Below are positions 39,101-51,314 of a stretch of 64,000 nucleotides of DNA, piece by piece. The stretch lies in contig CM059432.1 in assembly GCA_030390025.1 (NCBI GenBank), forward strand, positions 134,170,001 to 134,234,000, written 5' to 3'. The stretch is from Squalus acanthias (Eukaryota). How positions within the stretch are numbered: position 1 is the stretch's first letter; every line of letters starts with the position of its first letter. A program made the position numbers and the translations under genes. The notes under the pieces are model-generated. The model worked only from the letters and a program-made list of their open reading frames with translations. It was not told the DNA's origin and did not search any database.

Positions 39101-42100
39101 GTGTTAAATGCTCTTGTTGTGTATCTGTGTTAAATTGCCACGATGTATATCTGTGTTAAATGCACTTGTTGTATATCTGTATTAAATGCACTTGTTGTGT
39201 ATCTTTGTTAAATAACCATGTTGTACATCTGTGTTAAATGCATTTGTTGTATATCTGTGTTAAAACCACCTGTTGTATATCTGTGCGAAATACACCTGTT
39301 GTATATATGTGTTGAATACACCTGTAGTGTATCTGTGTTAAATTCACCTGTTGTATATCTGTGTTCAATGCCCATGTTGTATATCTGTGTTAAATACCCA
39401 TGTTGTATATCAGTGTTGAATACATCTGTTGTATATCTGTGTTAAATGCATCTGTTGTATATCTGTGTTAAATACACCTGTTATATATCTGTGTTAAATG
39501 CACCTGTTGTATATCTGTGTTAAATACACCTGTTATGTATCTTTGTTAAATTCATTGTTGTCTATCCGTGTTCAATACACTTGTTGTATGTCTGTGTTAA
39601 ATGCACTTGTTGTATATCTGTGTTAAATGCATTTGTTGTATATCTGGGTTAAATACACCCGTTGTATATCTGTGTTAAATGTACCTGTTGTATATCTGTG
39701 TTAAATACAGCTGCTGTACATCTGTGTTAAATACACATGTTGTATATTTGTGTTACATACACCTGTTGTGTATCTGTGATAAAAACGCATGTTGTATATC
39801 TGTATTAAATACACCTGTTATATATCTGTATTAAATACACCTGTTATATATCTGTGTTAAATACACCTGTAGTATATCTGTTTTAAATATACCTGTTATA
39901 TATCTGTGTTAAATTCATTGTTGTCTATCTGTGTTCAACACACTTGTTGTATATCTGTATTAAGTGCACTTGTGTATCTGTGTTAAATAACCATGTTGTA
40001 CATCTGCGTTAAATACACCCATTGTATATCTGTGTTAAATGTACCTGTTGTATATCTGTGTTAAATACAGCTGCTGTACATCTGTGTTAAATACACATGT
40101 TGTATATTTGTGTTACATACACCTGTTGTATATCTGTGATAAAAACGCATGTTGTATATCTGTATTAAATACACCTGTTGTATATCTGTGTTAAATACAC
40201 CTGTAGTATATCTGTGTTAAATACACCTGTTGTATATCTGTGTTAAATACACATGTTATATATCTGTGTTAAATATACCTGTTATATATCTGTGTTAAAT
40301 GCATCTGTTGTATATCTGTGTTAAATATACCTGTTATATATCTGTGTTAAATTCATTGTTGTCTATCTGTGTTAAATACACTTGTTGTGTATCTGTTAAA
40401 TAACCATGTTGTATATCTGTGTTAAATGCACTTGTTGTATATCTGTGTTAAATGCATTTGTTGTATATCTGTGTTAAATACACCTGTTGTATATCTGTGT
40501 TAAATACACCTGTTGTATATCTGTGTTCAACACCCATGTTGTATATCTGTGTTAAATATACCTGTTATATATCTGTGTTAAATTCATTGTTGTCTATCTG
40601 TGTTCAATACACTTGTTGTATGTCTGTATTAAATACACTTGTTGTATATCTGTGTTAAATGCATGTGTTATATATTTGTGTTAAATACACTTGTTGTATA
40701 TCTGTGTTAAATGCACTTGTTGTATATCTGTGTTAAATAACCATGTTGTATGTCTGTATTAAATGCACTTGTTGTATATCTGTGTTAAATACACTTGTTG
40801 TATATCTGTGTTAAATGCATGTGATGTATATCTGTGTTAAATACACTTGTTGTGTATCTGTTAAATAACCATGTTGTATATCTGTGTTAAATGCACTTGT
40901 TGTATATCTGTGTTAAATGCATTTGTTGTATATCTGTGTTAAATACACCTGTTGTATATCTGTGTTAAATACACCTGTTGTATATCTGTGTTAAATTCAT
41001 TGTTGTCTATCTGTGTTCAATACACTTGTTGTATGTCTGTATTAAATGCACTTGTTGTATATCTGTGTTAAATACACTTGTTGTCTATCTGTGTTCAATA
41101 CACGTGTTGTATGTCTGTATTAAATGCACTTCTTGTATATCTGTGTTAAATAACCATGTTGTATGTCTGTATTAAATGCACTTGTTGTATATCTGTGTTA
41201 AATACACTTGTTGTATATCTGTGTTAAATGCATGTGTTGTATATCTGTGTTAAATGCACTTGTTGTATATCTGTGTTAAATGCTCTTGTTGTGTATCTGT
41301 GTTAAATTGCCACGATGTATATCTGTGTTAAATGCACTTGTTGTATATCTGTATTAAATGCACTTGTTGTGTATCTTTGTTAAATAACCATGTTGTACAT
41401 CTGTGTTAAATGCATTTGTTGTATATCTGTGTTAAAACCACCTGTTGTATATCTGTGCGAAATACACCTGTTGTATATATGTGTTGAATACACCTGTAGT
41501 GTATCTGTGTTAAATTCACCTGTTGTATATCTGTGTTCAATGCCCATGTTGTATATCTGTGTTAAATACCCATGTTGTATATCAGTGTTGAATACATCTG
41601 TTGTATATCTGTGTTAAATGCATCTGTTGTATATCTGTGTTAAATACATCTGTTATATATCTGTGTTAAATGCACCTGTTGTATATCTGTGTTAAATACA
41701 CCTGTTATGTATCTTTGTTAAATTCATTGTTGTCTATCCGTGTTCAATACACTTGTTGTATGTCTGTGTTAAATGCACTTGTTGTATATCTGTGTTAAAT
41801 GCATTTGTTGTATATCTGGGTTAAATACACCCGTTGTATATCTGTGTTAAATGTACCTGTTGTATATCTGTGTTAAATACAGCTGCTGTACATCTGTGTT
41901 AAATACACATGTTGTATATTTGTGTTACATACACCTGTTGTGTATCTGTGATAAAAACGCATGTTGTTTATCTGTATTAAATACACCTGTTATATATCTG
42001 TATTAAATACACCTGTTATATATCTGTGTTAAATACACCTGTAGTATATCTGTTTTAAATATACCTGTTATATATCTGTGTTAAATTCATTGTTGTCTAT

Positions 42101-44676
42101 CTGTGTTCAACACACTTGTTGTATATCTGTATTAAGTGCACTTGTGTATCTGTGTTAAATAACCATGTTGTACATCTGCGTTAAATACACCCATTGTATA
42201 TCTGTGTTAAATGTACCTGTTGTATATCTGTGTTAAATGCAGCTGCTGTACATCTGTGTTAAATACACATGTTGTATATTTGTGTTACATACACCTGTTG
42301 TATATCTGTGATAAAAACGCATGTTGTATATCTGTATTAAATACACCTGTTGTATATCTGTGTTAAATACACCTGTAGTATATCTGTGTTAAATACACCT
42401 GTTGTATATCTGTGTTAAATACACATGTTATATATCTGTGTTAAATATACCTGTTATATATCTGTGTTAAATGCATCTGTTGTATATCTGTGTTAAATAT
42501 ACCTGTTATATATCTGTGTTAAATTCATTGTTGTCTATCTGTGTTCAACACACTTGTTGTATATCTGTATTAAGTGCACTTGTGTATCTGTGTTAAATAA
42601 CCATGTTGTACATCTGTGTTAAATGCATTTGTTGTATATCTGTGTTAAGTGCAGATTTTGTATAGTTGTGTTCAATATATTTGTTGCATAGCTGTGCTAA
42701 ATACACATGTTGTATATCTGTGTTAAATAAACCTGTTGTATATCTGAGTTAAATACACCCGTTGTATATCTGAGTTAAATACACCTGTTGTATATCTGTG
42801 TTAAATGCACCTGTTGTATATCTGTGTTAATTACAGCTGCTGTTAATCTGTGTTAACTACACCTGTTGTATATTTGTGTTACATACACCTGTTGTATATC
42901 TGTGATAAAAACGCATGTTGTATATCTGTGTTAAATACCCATGTTGTAAATCTGTGTTAAATACACATGTTGTATATTTGTGTCAATATCCCTGTTGTAT
43001 ACCTGGGTTAAATACACCTATAGTGTATCTGTGTTAAGTACACCTCTTGTATATCTGTGTTCAATACCCATGTTGTATAATTGTGTTAAATACCCATGTT
43101 GTATATCTGTGTTAAATGTACCTGTTATATATCTGTGTTCAATTCATTGTTGTCTATCTGTGTTCAATACACTTGTTGTATGCCTGTTTTAAATGCACTT
43201 GTTGTATATCTGTGTTAAATACACTTGTTGTATATCTGTGTTAAATGCATGTGTTATATATCTGTGTTAAATACACTTGTTGTATATCTGTGTTAAATGC
43301 ACTTGTTGTATATCTGTGTTAAATAACCATGTTGTATGTCTGTATTAAATGCACTTGTTGTATATCTGTGTTAAATACACTTGTTGTATATCTGTGTTAA
43401 ATGCATGTGATGTATATCTGTGTTAAATACACTTGTTGTGTATCTGTTAAATAACCATGTTGTATATCTGTGTTAAATGCACTTGTTGTATATCTGTGTT
43501 AAATGCATTTGTTGTATATCTGTGTTAAATACACCTGTTGTATATCTGTGTTAAATACACCTGTTGTATATCTGTGTTCAACACCCATGTTGTATATCTG
43601 TGTTAAATATACCTGTTATATATCTGTGTTAAATTCATTGTTGTCTATCTGTGTTCAATACACTTGTTGTATGTCTGTATTAAATGCACTTGTTGTATAT
43701 CTGTGTTTTATACACTTGTTGTATATCTGTGTTAAATCCATGTGTTGTATATCTGTGTTAAATACACTTTTTGTATATCTGTGTTAAATGCACTTGTTGT
43801 GTATCTGTGTTAAATAACCATGTTGTATATCTGTGTTAAATGCACTTGTTGTATATCTGTGTTCAATACACTTGTTGTATATCTGTGTTACATGCACTTG
43901 TTGTATATCTGTGTTCAATACACTTGTTGTGTATCTGTGTTAAATGCACTTGTTGTGTATCTGTGTTAAATAACCATGTTGTATATCTGTGTTCAATACA
44001 CTTGTTGTATATCTGTGTTAAATGCACTTGTTGTTTATCTGTGTTAAATAACCATGTTGTATCTCTGTGTTCAATATACCTGTTCTCTACCTGTGTTAAA
44101 TTTATTGTTGTATATCTGTGTTCAATACACTTGTTGTATGTCTGTATTAAATGCACTTGTTGTATATCTGTGTTTTATACACTTGTTGTATATCTGTGTT
44201 AAATCCATGTGTTGTATATCTGTGTTAAATACACTTTTTGTATATCTGTGTTAAATGCACTTGTTGTGTATCTGTGTTAAATAACCATGTTGTATATCTG
44301 TGTTAAATGCACTTGTTGTATATCTGTGTTCAATACACTTATTGTACATCTGTGTTAAATGCATTTGTTGTATATCTGTGTTAAATGCAGATTTTGTATA
44401 TTTGTGTTCAATAGACCTGTTGTATAGCTGTGCTAAATACACATGCTGTATATCTGTGTTAAATACACCTGTTTATATCTGTGTTAAATGCACCTGTTGT
44501 ATATCTGTGTTAAATGCAACTGATGTTTATCTGTGTTAAATACACATGTTGTATATTTGTGTTATATACACCTGTTGTATATCGTGATAAAAACGCATGT
44601 TGTATATCTGTGTTAAATACCCAGGTTGTATATCTGTGTTAAATACACCTGTTGTATATCTGTGTTAAATACACCT
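36130..44676 (+). repeat. 26-bp satellite block with 2.2-2.7 kb segmental repeats
   Basis: Marker AATTGCCACGATG at 36391, 39133 and 41305; near-identical track ORFs at 36476, 39218 and 41390. Confidence 0.95.
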
Positions 44677-44710
44677 TTGGACATTGTATGAAGGACTTCA
44701 TTTACTGACC

Positions 44711-46123
44711 ATGTCCACCAGCCGGCAAAAGTGTGCACCTCGCTTTGATGAGCCCTCCCTCCAAGCTCTGGTGCAGGGAGCAAGATCTAATAAGGAGGTG
44801 CTCTTCCCTTCCTCAGGGAGAAAAAAGCCACCACAACAGACTAAAGCTGTGTGGTTGCAAGTGGCCCAGGAGGTCAATGCCATCTCTCTGTGCCGCAGAA
44901 CCTGGCTGCAGTGCAGGAAGAGGTTTCATGAACTTCTCTGCACAGGAAAAGTGAGTATGAATTTCTCATCACCCTCAATCTCATCCCCATCGCATCTCCT
45001 CACCAGCACTCTGCTTTTCCAACCTCTTCCTCCACATCCCACTTGACACTGACATCCCTGCACCCTTACCCATTCCCTCTCTCTCTATGGTCACATTCAC
45101 TTAACTATTCGACCATACAGCCTTCACACTCCCTATCACTGTGACGCAATGACAACAACTTACAACACACAGGGAGGGCCCTTTTTCTCCTTCTAAGCAT
45201 CTATGCTATGGATTCTCTACACTCACTCCTTCATTCTCACTCAAACACTACTTGTGTCCCTCATTACAGGAAAAGAGAGTCCACAATAAGAGGGAAAGAG
45301 CGAGGACAGGAGGAGGGCCACCCTCAGTAGCCCAGCTCACCACCTCGGAGGAGGCGGCCCTGGAAATTGCCGGGATCGAGGAGGATTCCCAGGTGGGGGA
45401 CGGACACGCGGACGCATCACAGCAAGCTGGTGACAGAATAGTTTGGCATCTCTCTCATTGACATTGCATGAGTGACTGATAATAATTCTGATGCTCTAAC
45501 AGATTAACTTATGATCATCTGCATAATTCAATGTGCATGCAACCTTTACCTCACATCTCTAACTCTTTCCCTTACTCCCCCACAGGACCATCGAGAGCCC
45601 CCGTCCCCACTGTCCAGGAGGAAGAGCCTGAGCTTCCAGACTCCTCAGAGGAAGCTGCAACCTCTCAGGGTGCTCCATCAGCAGAATTAAGCGCACCCTG
45701 CACCAGCGCAGACACTCACACCTCAGTGGGACCTTTGGGACATAGAGTAGAGTTGTCACCTGGTGTATCACAGCTCACAAGTGAGCATCAGCAGATGGTG
45801 GAGACAGGGACAGCAGTGGAGAGTCCTCGTCGCAGTGGAGAGGACGCTCCCAGCTCGGCTCCGCAGCATGTCGACCCTGTGCCTCCGGGTCCATCCAGGA
45901 ACAGGTGCAGGAGTCTCTGGCAGTTTTTGTCTCCAGGGTCGCTGCGAATGTGGAGCGAATGGAGGAGTCCATCGCCAACATGAGCAGAGCCTTTGTGGAG
46001 GCATTGGCGCATGAACGCACCACCATGGAAAGGATGGCAACCTCCTTGGAAAGGATGTCTACCTCCATGGAAAGGATGGCTACCTCCATGGTAAGGCTGG
46101 CTACCGTAGTCACTTGGGTGTAA
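44711..46123 (+). pseudogene. Harbinger Myb/SANT-like DNA-binding protein, 3 exons, apparent frameshift before the coiled-coil tail
   Basis: Exon 1 44711-44950 (APRF..L..LV..W..VA..VN..RTW.QCRKRF); GT-AG intron 44951-45269, phase 0; exon 2 45270-45429 (EKRVHNKRERARTGGG); intron 45430-45585, phase 1; exon 3 from 45586 in the matching frame. The heptad tail MERMATSLERMSTSMERMATSM lies in another frame from ~45905. Confidence 0.8.
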
Positions 46124-46359
46124 TGTTGTGTTTAATTTTGAAAAGCCATCAGTTGCTTATTGTCATAAAAAATTCTGATGGCAAACTGCTGCAGTTGTGG
46201 CATGTGTCATTTCGCTAATGGGACTTCCACATTGAGGGCTGAGGGCGACTTGCAATTGTCAGTATGGTGGTCAGAGTGATAGGAATCCGCAGGTTCTTGG
46301 CCATTGTCTGATAAGAAGGTGCAAGGCAAAATTGTTAGATTGTGCAGGCTAAGCAAATC

Positions 46360-46575
46360 TGGCCAAGATGAGTGCGTCCCTTGCATCCTGGGCAGCAATG
46401 TGGTCGCGCGCTGGCGCCTTCTGGCCTGTGCAACTTCAGGTGGGTGAGCAGCAGTTTGGCGCTCCTGTTGTTGCTGCTGCTGTTGGTGGTGCTGTTGTTC
46501 ATGGTTCTGCTGCTGCCACGGCTGGTCTTCATCCAAATCTGATGTCCAGGAGGAAAGGAAATAAATGGTTCCCAT
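46360..46575 (-). pseudogene. Possible N-terminal remnant of the convergent Harbinger transposase (acidic/Gln-rich)
   Basis: MGTIYFLSSWTSDLDEDQPWQQQ..QQQQQQQ..RRRQR lies where and in the orientation a convergent second Harbinger gene is expected. No catalytic motifs are seen, so this is inference only. Confidence 0.35.
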
Positions 46576-49500
46576 GCTTCTGGTATATGCCTCAGTTGAG
46601 GAAGCGCTCAGTCAAGGTGGCGAGAGGGGTTTCCCAGGAGGTCACACTGGAGATGGGTGTCAGGCTCCAAACTTCCACAACAATGGGTATGCCTGCTAAA
46701 AGTTCCGCCAGACCAGAGACAACAAAGTTCTGCCACCTACAAATGATGATTGGTGAAAACTCCTTTTTAATGGTGGAGCTGTAGCTGTTAGTAAGCAGTC
46801 CACTGGTGAGGCTGCCAGGATTCACTGGCGTGTTCCAGAGGAGATGTGCAGGACGTGGGAAAAGTGTTAAAATCAGAAAGGCCTCTCAAAATGGGATTAT
46901 AGAGGCACTTAACTGGTTGTTAAGGGCCTTAAGGGCCTATCCCGCCTCTTGGAGGCGGGATGGAAACGGGGTCAGTAAACACGCATTTGGGAAAATTGCT
47001 CGGAGGCAGGATGGAGACAGGATCGGCCCCGCCCGCCATTTTTTGCGATTTTACCACCTCACACGCCTCCAATCCCGCCTCCTCGGGCCTGGCAAAATCG
47101 AGCCTTATGTTTCAATACACCTGTTGTATATTTGGGTTAAATACACATGTTGTATATCTGTGTTAATTAACCATGTTGTATATCTGTTTCAAATGCACCT
47201 GTTGTATATCTGTGTTAAATATACCTGTTGCATATCTGGGTTAAATGCACTTGTTGCATATCTGTGTTAAATACACTTGTTGTATATCTGCGTTAAATAC
47301 AGTGGTTGTATATCTGTGTTAAATACACTTCTTGTATATCTTTGTCAAACGCATTGTTGTTAATCTGTGTTCAATACACATGTTGTATATCTGTGTTAAA
47401 TACACATGCTGTATATCTGTGTTAAATGCACGTGTTGTATATCTGTGTTAAATATACTTGTTGTATATCTGTGTTAAAAACCTATGTTTTATATCTGTGT
47501 TCAATGCAATTGTTGTATATCTGTGTTAAACACACATGTTGTCTATCAGTGCTAAATACCCATGTTGTATATCTGTGTTAAACACACATGTTGTCTATCA
47601 GTGCTAAATACCCATGTTGTATATCTGTGTTCAGTAAACTTGCAGTATATCTATGCTAAATAAAACTGTTGTATATCTGTGTTAAATAAACCTGTTGTAT
47701 ATCTGTGTTAAATACACCTGTTGTATCATGGTGCTCATTACAGCTGTGGTATAGATCTGCTAAATACATATGTTGTATATCTGTGTTAACTACACCTGCT
47801 GTATATCCGTGTTAAATACACCAGTTGTATATCTCTGTTAAATGCACCAGTTGTATATCTGTGTTAAATAAAGCTGCTGTATATATGTGTTAAATAGACC
47901 TGTTGTATATCTGTGTTAAATACACCTGTTGTATATCTGTGTTAAATGCCCATGATGAATATCTGTGTTAAATACCCATGTTGTATATTTGTGTTCAATA
48001 CAACTGCTGTATATCTGAGTTAATTACCCATGTTGTATATCTGTTTTAAATGAACCTTTTGTATATCTGTGTTAAATACATCTGTTATATATCTGTGTTA
48101 AATGCATTGTTGTATATCAGTGCTAAATACCCATGTTGTATATCTGTGTTCAATAAACTTGTTGTATATCTATGCTAAATAAATCTGCTGTATATCTTTG
48201 TTAAATACACTTGTTGTATATCTGTGTTACATTCAGCTGTTGTATATCTGTGCGAAAAACCTATGTTTTATATCTGTGTTCAGTATACCTGTTGTATTGT
48301 TGTGTTCAATACACCTGTTGTACAGCTGTGCTTAATACACATGTTGTATATCTGTGTTAAATGCACCCGTTGTATATTTGTGTTAAATACAGCTGCTGTA
48401 TATCTGTGTTAAATACACCAGTTGTATATTTGTGTTAAATACACCTGTTGTATATCTGTGCTAAATACACCTGTTGTATATCTGTGTTAAATACACCTGT
48501 TGTATATCTGTGTTAAATACACCTGTTGTATATCTGTGTTAAATGCACCTGTTGTATATCTGTGTTAAATACAGCTGCTGTATATTTGTGTTAAGTACAC
48601 CTGTTGTATATCTGTTTTAAATGCACCTGTTGTATATCTGTGTCAAATATACCTGTTATATATCTTTGTTAAATTCATTGTTGTCTATCTGTGTTCAATA
48701 CACTTATTGTATGTCTGTGTTAAATGCACTTGTATATCTGTGTTAAATGCACTTGTTGTATATCTGTGTTAAATGCATTGTTTTATATCTGTGTTTAATA
48801 CACCTGTTTTATATCTGTGTTAAATTCACCTGTTATATATCTGAGTTAAATACACATGTGTCCAATAGACTTGTTGTATATCTATGCTAAATAAACCTGT
48901 TGTATATCTGTGTTCAATACAATTGCTTTATATATCTGTGTTCAATACACTTGTTGTATAGCAGTGCTAAATACACCCGTTGTATATCTGTGTAAAATAC
49001 ACCTGTTTATATCTGTGTTAAATGCACCTGTTGTATATCTGTGTTAAATACAGCTGCTGTATATCTGTGTTAACTAAAAATGTTGTATTATTGTGTGAAA
49101 TACATATTTTGTATATCTAAGTTAAATATACATGTTGTATATCTGTGTTAAAAGCACATGTTGTATATCTGTGTTAAATGCATTGCTGTGTATCTGTGCT
49201 CAATACACTTGTTGTATGTCTGTGTTAAATGCGCTTGTTGTATATCTGTTTTAAATGAACTTGTTGTATAGCTATGTTAAATACACTTGTTGCATTTCTT
49301 TGTTAAATGCATGTGTTGTATATCTTTGTTAAATACACCTGTTGCATACCTGTGTTAAATGCGCTTGTTGTATATCTGCGTTAAATGCACTTGTTTTATA
49401 TCTGTGTTAAATACACTTGTTGTATGTCTGTGTTAAATGCACTTGTTGTATATCTGTGTTCAATACACTTGTTGTACATCTGTGTTCAATGAACTTGTTG

Positions 49501-51095
49501 TATATCTGTGTTAAAAAATCTGTTTTAAAAACTATGTTTTAAATCTGTGTTAAATACATCTGTTATATAACTCTGCTAAATATGCATTGTTGAATATCTG
49601 TGTTAAACACACCTCTTGTATATCTGTGTTAAATGCACTTGCTGTATATCTGTGTTAAGTACACATGTTGTATATCCGTGTTAAATACACCTGCTGAATA
49701 TATGTGTTAAATACCCATGTTGTACATCTGTGTTCATTACCCATGTTGTATATCTATGCTAAATAATATCTGTGTTAAATACACCTGTTGTAAATCTGTG
49801 TTAGATACCCATGGTGTAGATCTGTGTTCAATACACTTGTTGTCTATCTATGCTAAATAAACCTGTTGTATATATGTGTTCAATGCACTTGTTGCATATC
49901 TGTGTTATATACACTTGTTGTATAGCTGTGTTAAATACCCATGCTGTATATCTGTGTTAAATGCACTTGTATATCTGTGTTCAGTACACTTATTGTATAT
50001 CTGTGTTAAATACCCATGTTCTATATCTGTGTTAAATGCACATGTTGTATATCTGTGTTAAATACCCTTGTTTTATATCTGTGTAAATGCACCTGTTGTA
50101 TATCTGTGTTAAATACCCATGTTGTATATCTGTACTCATTACACTTGTTGTATATCTTTGCTAAATAATCCTGTTGTATATCAGTGTTCAATAGACCTGT
50201 TGTATGTCTGTGTTAAATACCCATGTTATATATCTGTGTTAATTACCCATGTTGTATATGTGCTTTAAATGCACCTGCTGTATATCTGTGTTAAATACAC
50301 CTGTTATATATCTGTGTTAAATGGATTGTTGTATATCTGTGTTCAATACACTTGTTGTATATCTGTGTTAAATACCCATGTTGTATATCTGTGTTCAATA
50401 AACTTGTTGTATATCTATGCTAAATAAACCTGTTGCATATCTGTGTTCAATACATTTGTTGTATATCTGCATTAAATATACATGTTGTATATCTGTGTAC
50501 AATACACTTGTTGTATAACTATGCTAAATAAACCTGTTGTATATCTGTGTTCAATACATTTGTTGTATATCTATGTTAAATACACATGTTGTATAGCAGT
50601 GCGAAATACACATGTTGCATATCTGTGTTAAGTACACCTGTTGTATATGTTTTAAATGCACCTGTTGTATATCTGTGTTAAATTCACCTGTTGTATATCT
50701 GTGTTAAATGCACCTGTTGTATATTTGTGTTGAATACACCTGTTGTATATTTGTGTTGAATACACCTGTTGTATATCTGTGTTAAATACACCTGTTGTAT
50801 ATTTGTGTTGAATACACCTGTTGTATATCTGTGTTAAATTCACCTGTTGTATATCTGTGTTAAAAACCTATGTTTTATATCTGTGTTAAATACACCTGTT
50901 TTATAACTGTGTTAAGTACACCTGTTGAATATTTGTGTTAAATACACCTGTTGTATATCTGTGCTAAATACACCTGTTGTATATCTGTGTTAAATATCCA
51001 TATTGTATATCTATGCTAAATAAACCTGTTGTATAACAACAGAAAATGCTGGAAACACTCAGCAGGCCAGGCAGCATCCGTGGAGAGAGAAACAG

Positions 51096-51132
51096 AGTTA
51101 ACGTTTCAGGTCTGGGACCCTTCATCAGAACT
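51096..51132 (-). ncRNA. Minimal type I hammerhead ribozyme (Penelope family B, downstream repeat)
   Basis: AGUU-CUGAUGA-A-GGGUC-CCA-GACCU-GAAA-CG-UU-AACU; stem I AGUU/AACU; palindromic AACGUU stem III. Confidence 0.8.
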
Positions 51133-51314
51133 GGAAAAAGCTGGAGATGTAACAGATATTAAGCAGGTGCAGAGACAGGGCGGGGGAGGGGGTGTTGGGT
51201 GGGAGGGGAGGAAGGAATTGAAGGAACATACTGTGCTTATGTAAGAGGCAGGAAAGATAAAATGCTGCAAATGGGTACGGCAAAATCATACAGCATGAAA
51301 AATGGGGGCAGGGG

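Larger units (their letters stand above)
44677..47105. mobile_element. PIF/Harbinger transposon, left-truncated and internally deleted, retaining the Myb/SANT gene
   Basis: Spliced Myb/SANT-like ORF; right end AAAATCGAGCC(T) resembles the MITE TIRs in this window; no DDE core visible; no left TIR. Confidence 0.8.

Noticed and set aside
46368..47270. Plus-strand ORFs of 138 and 154 aa in the Harbinger right arm
   Set aside because: Low-complexity antisense of a CAG/CAA-rich tract and read-through into the satellite; no domain.
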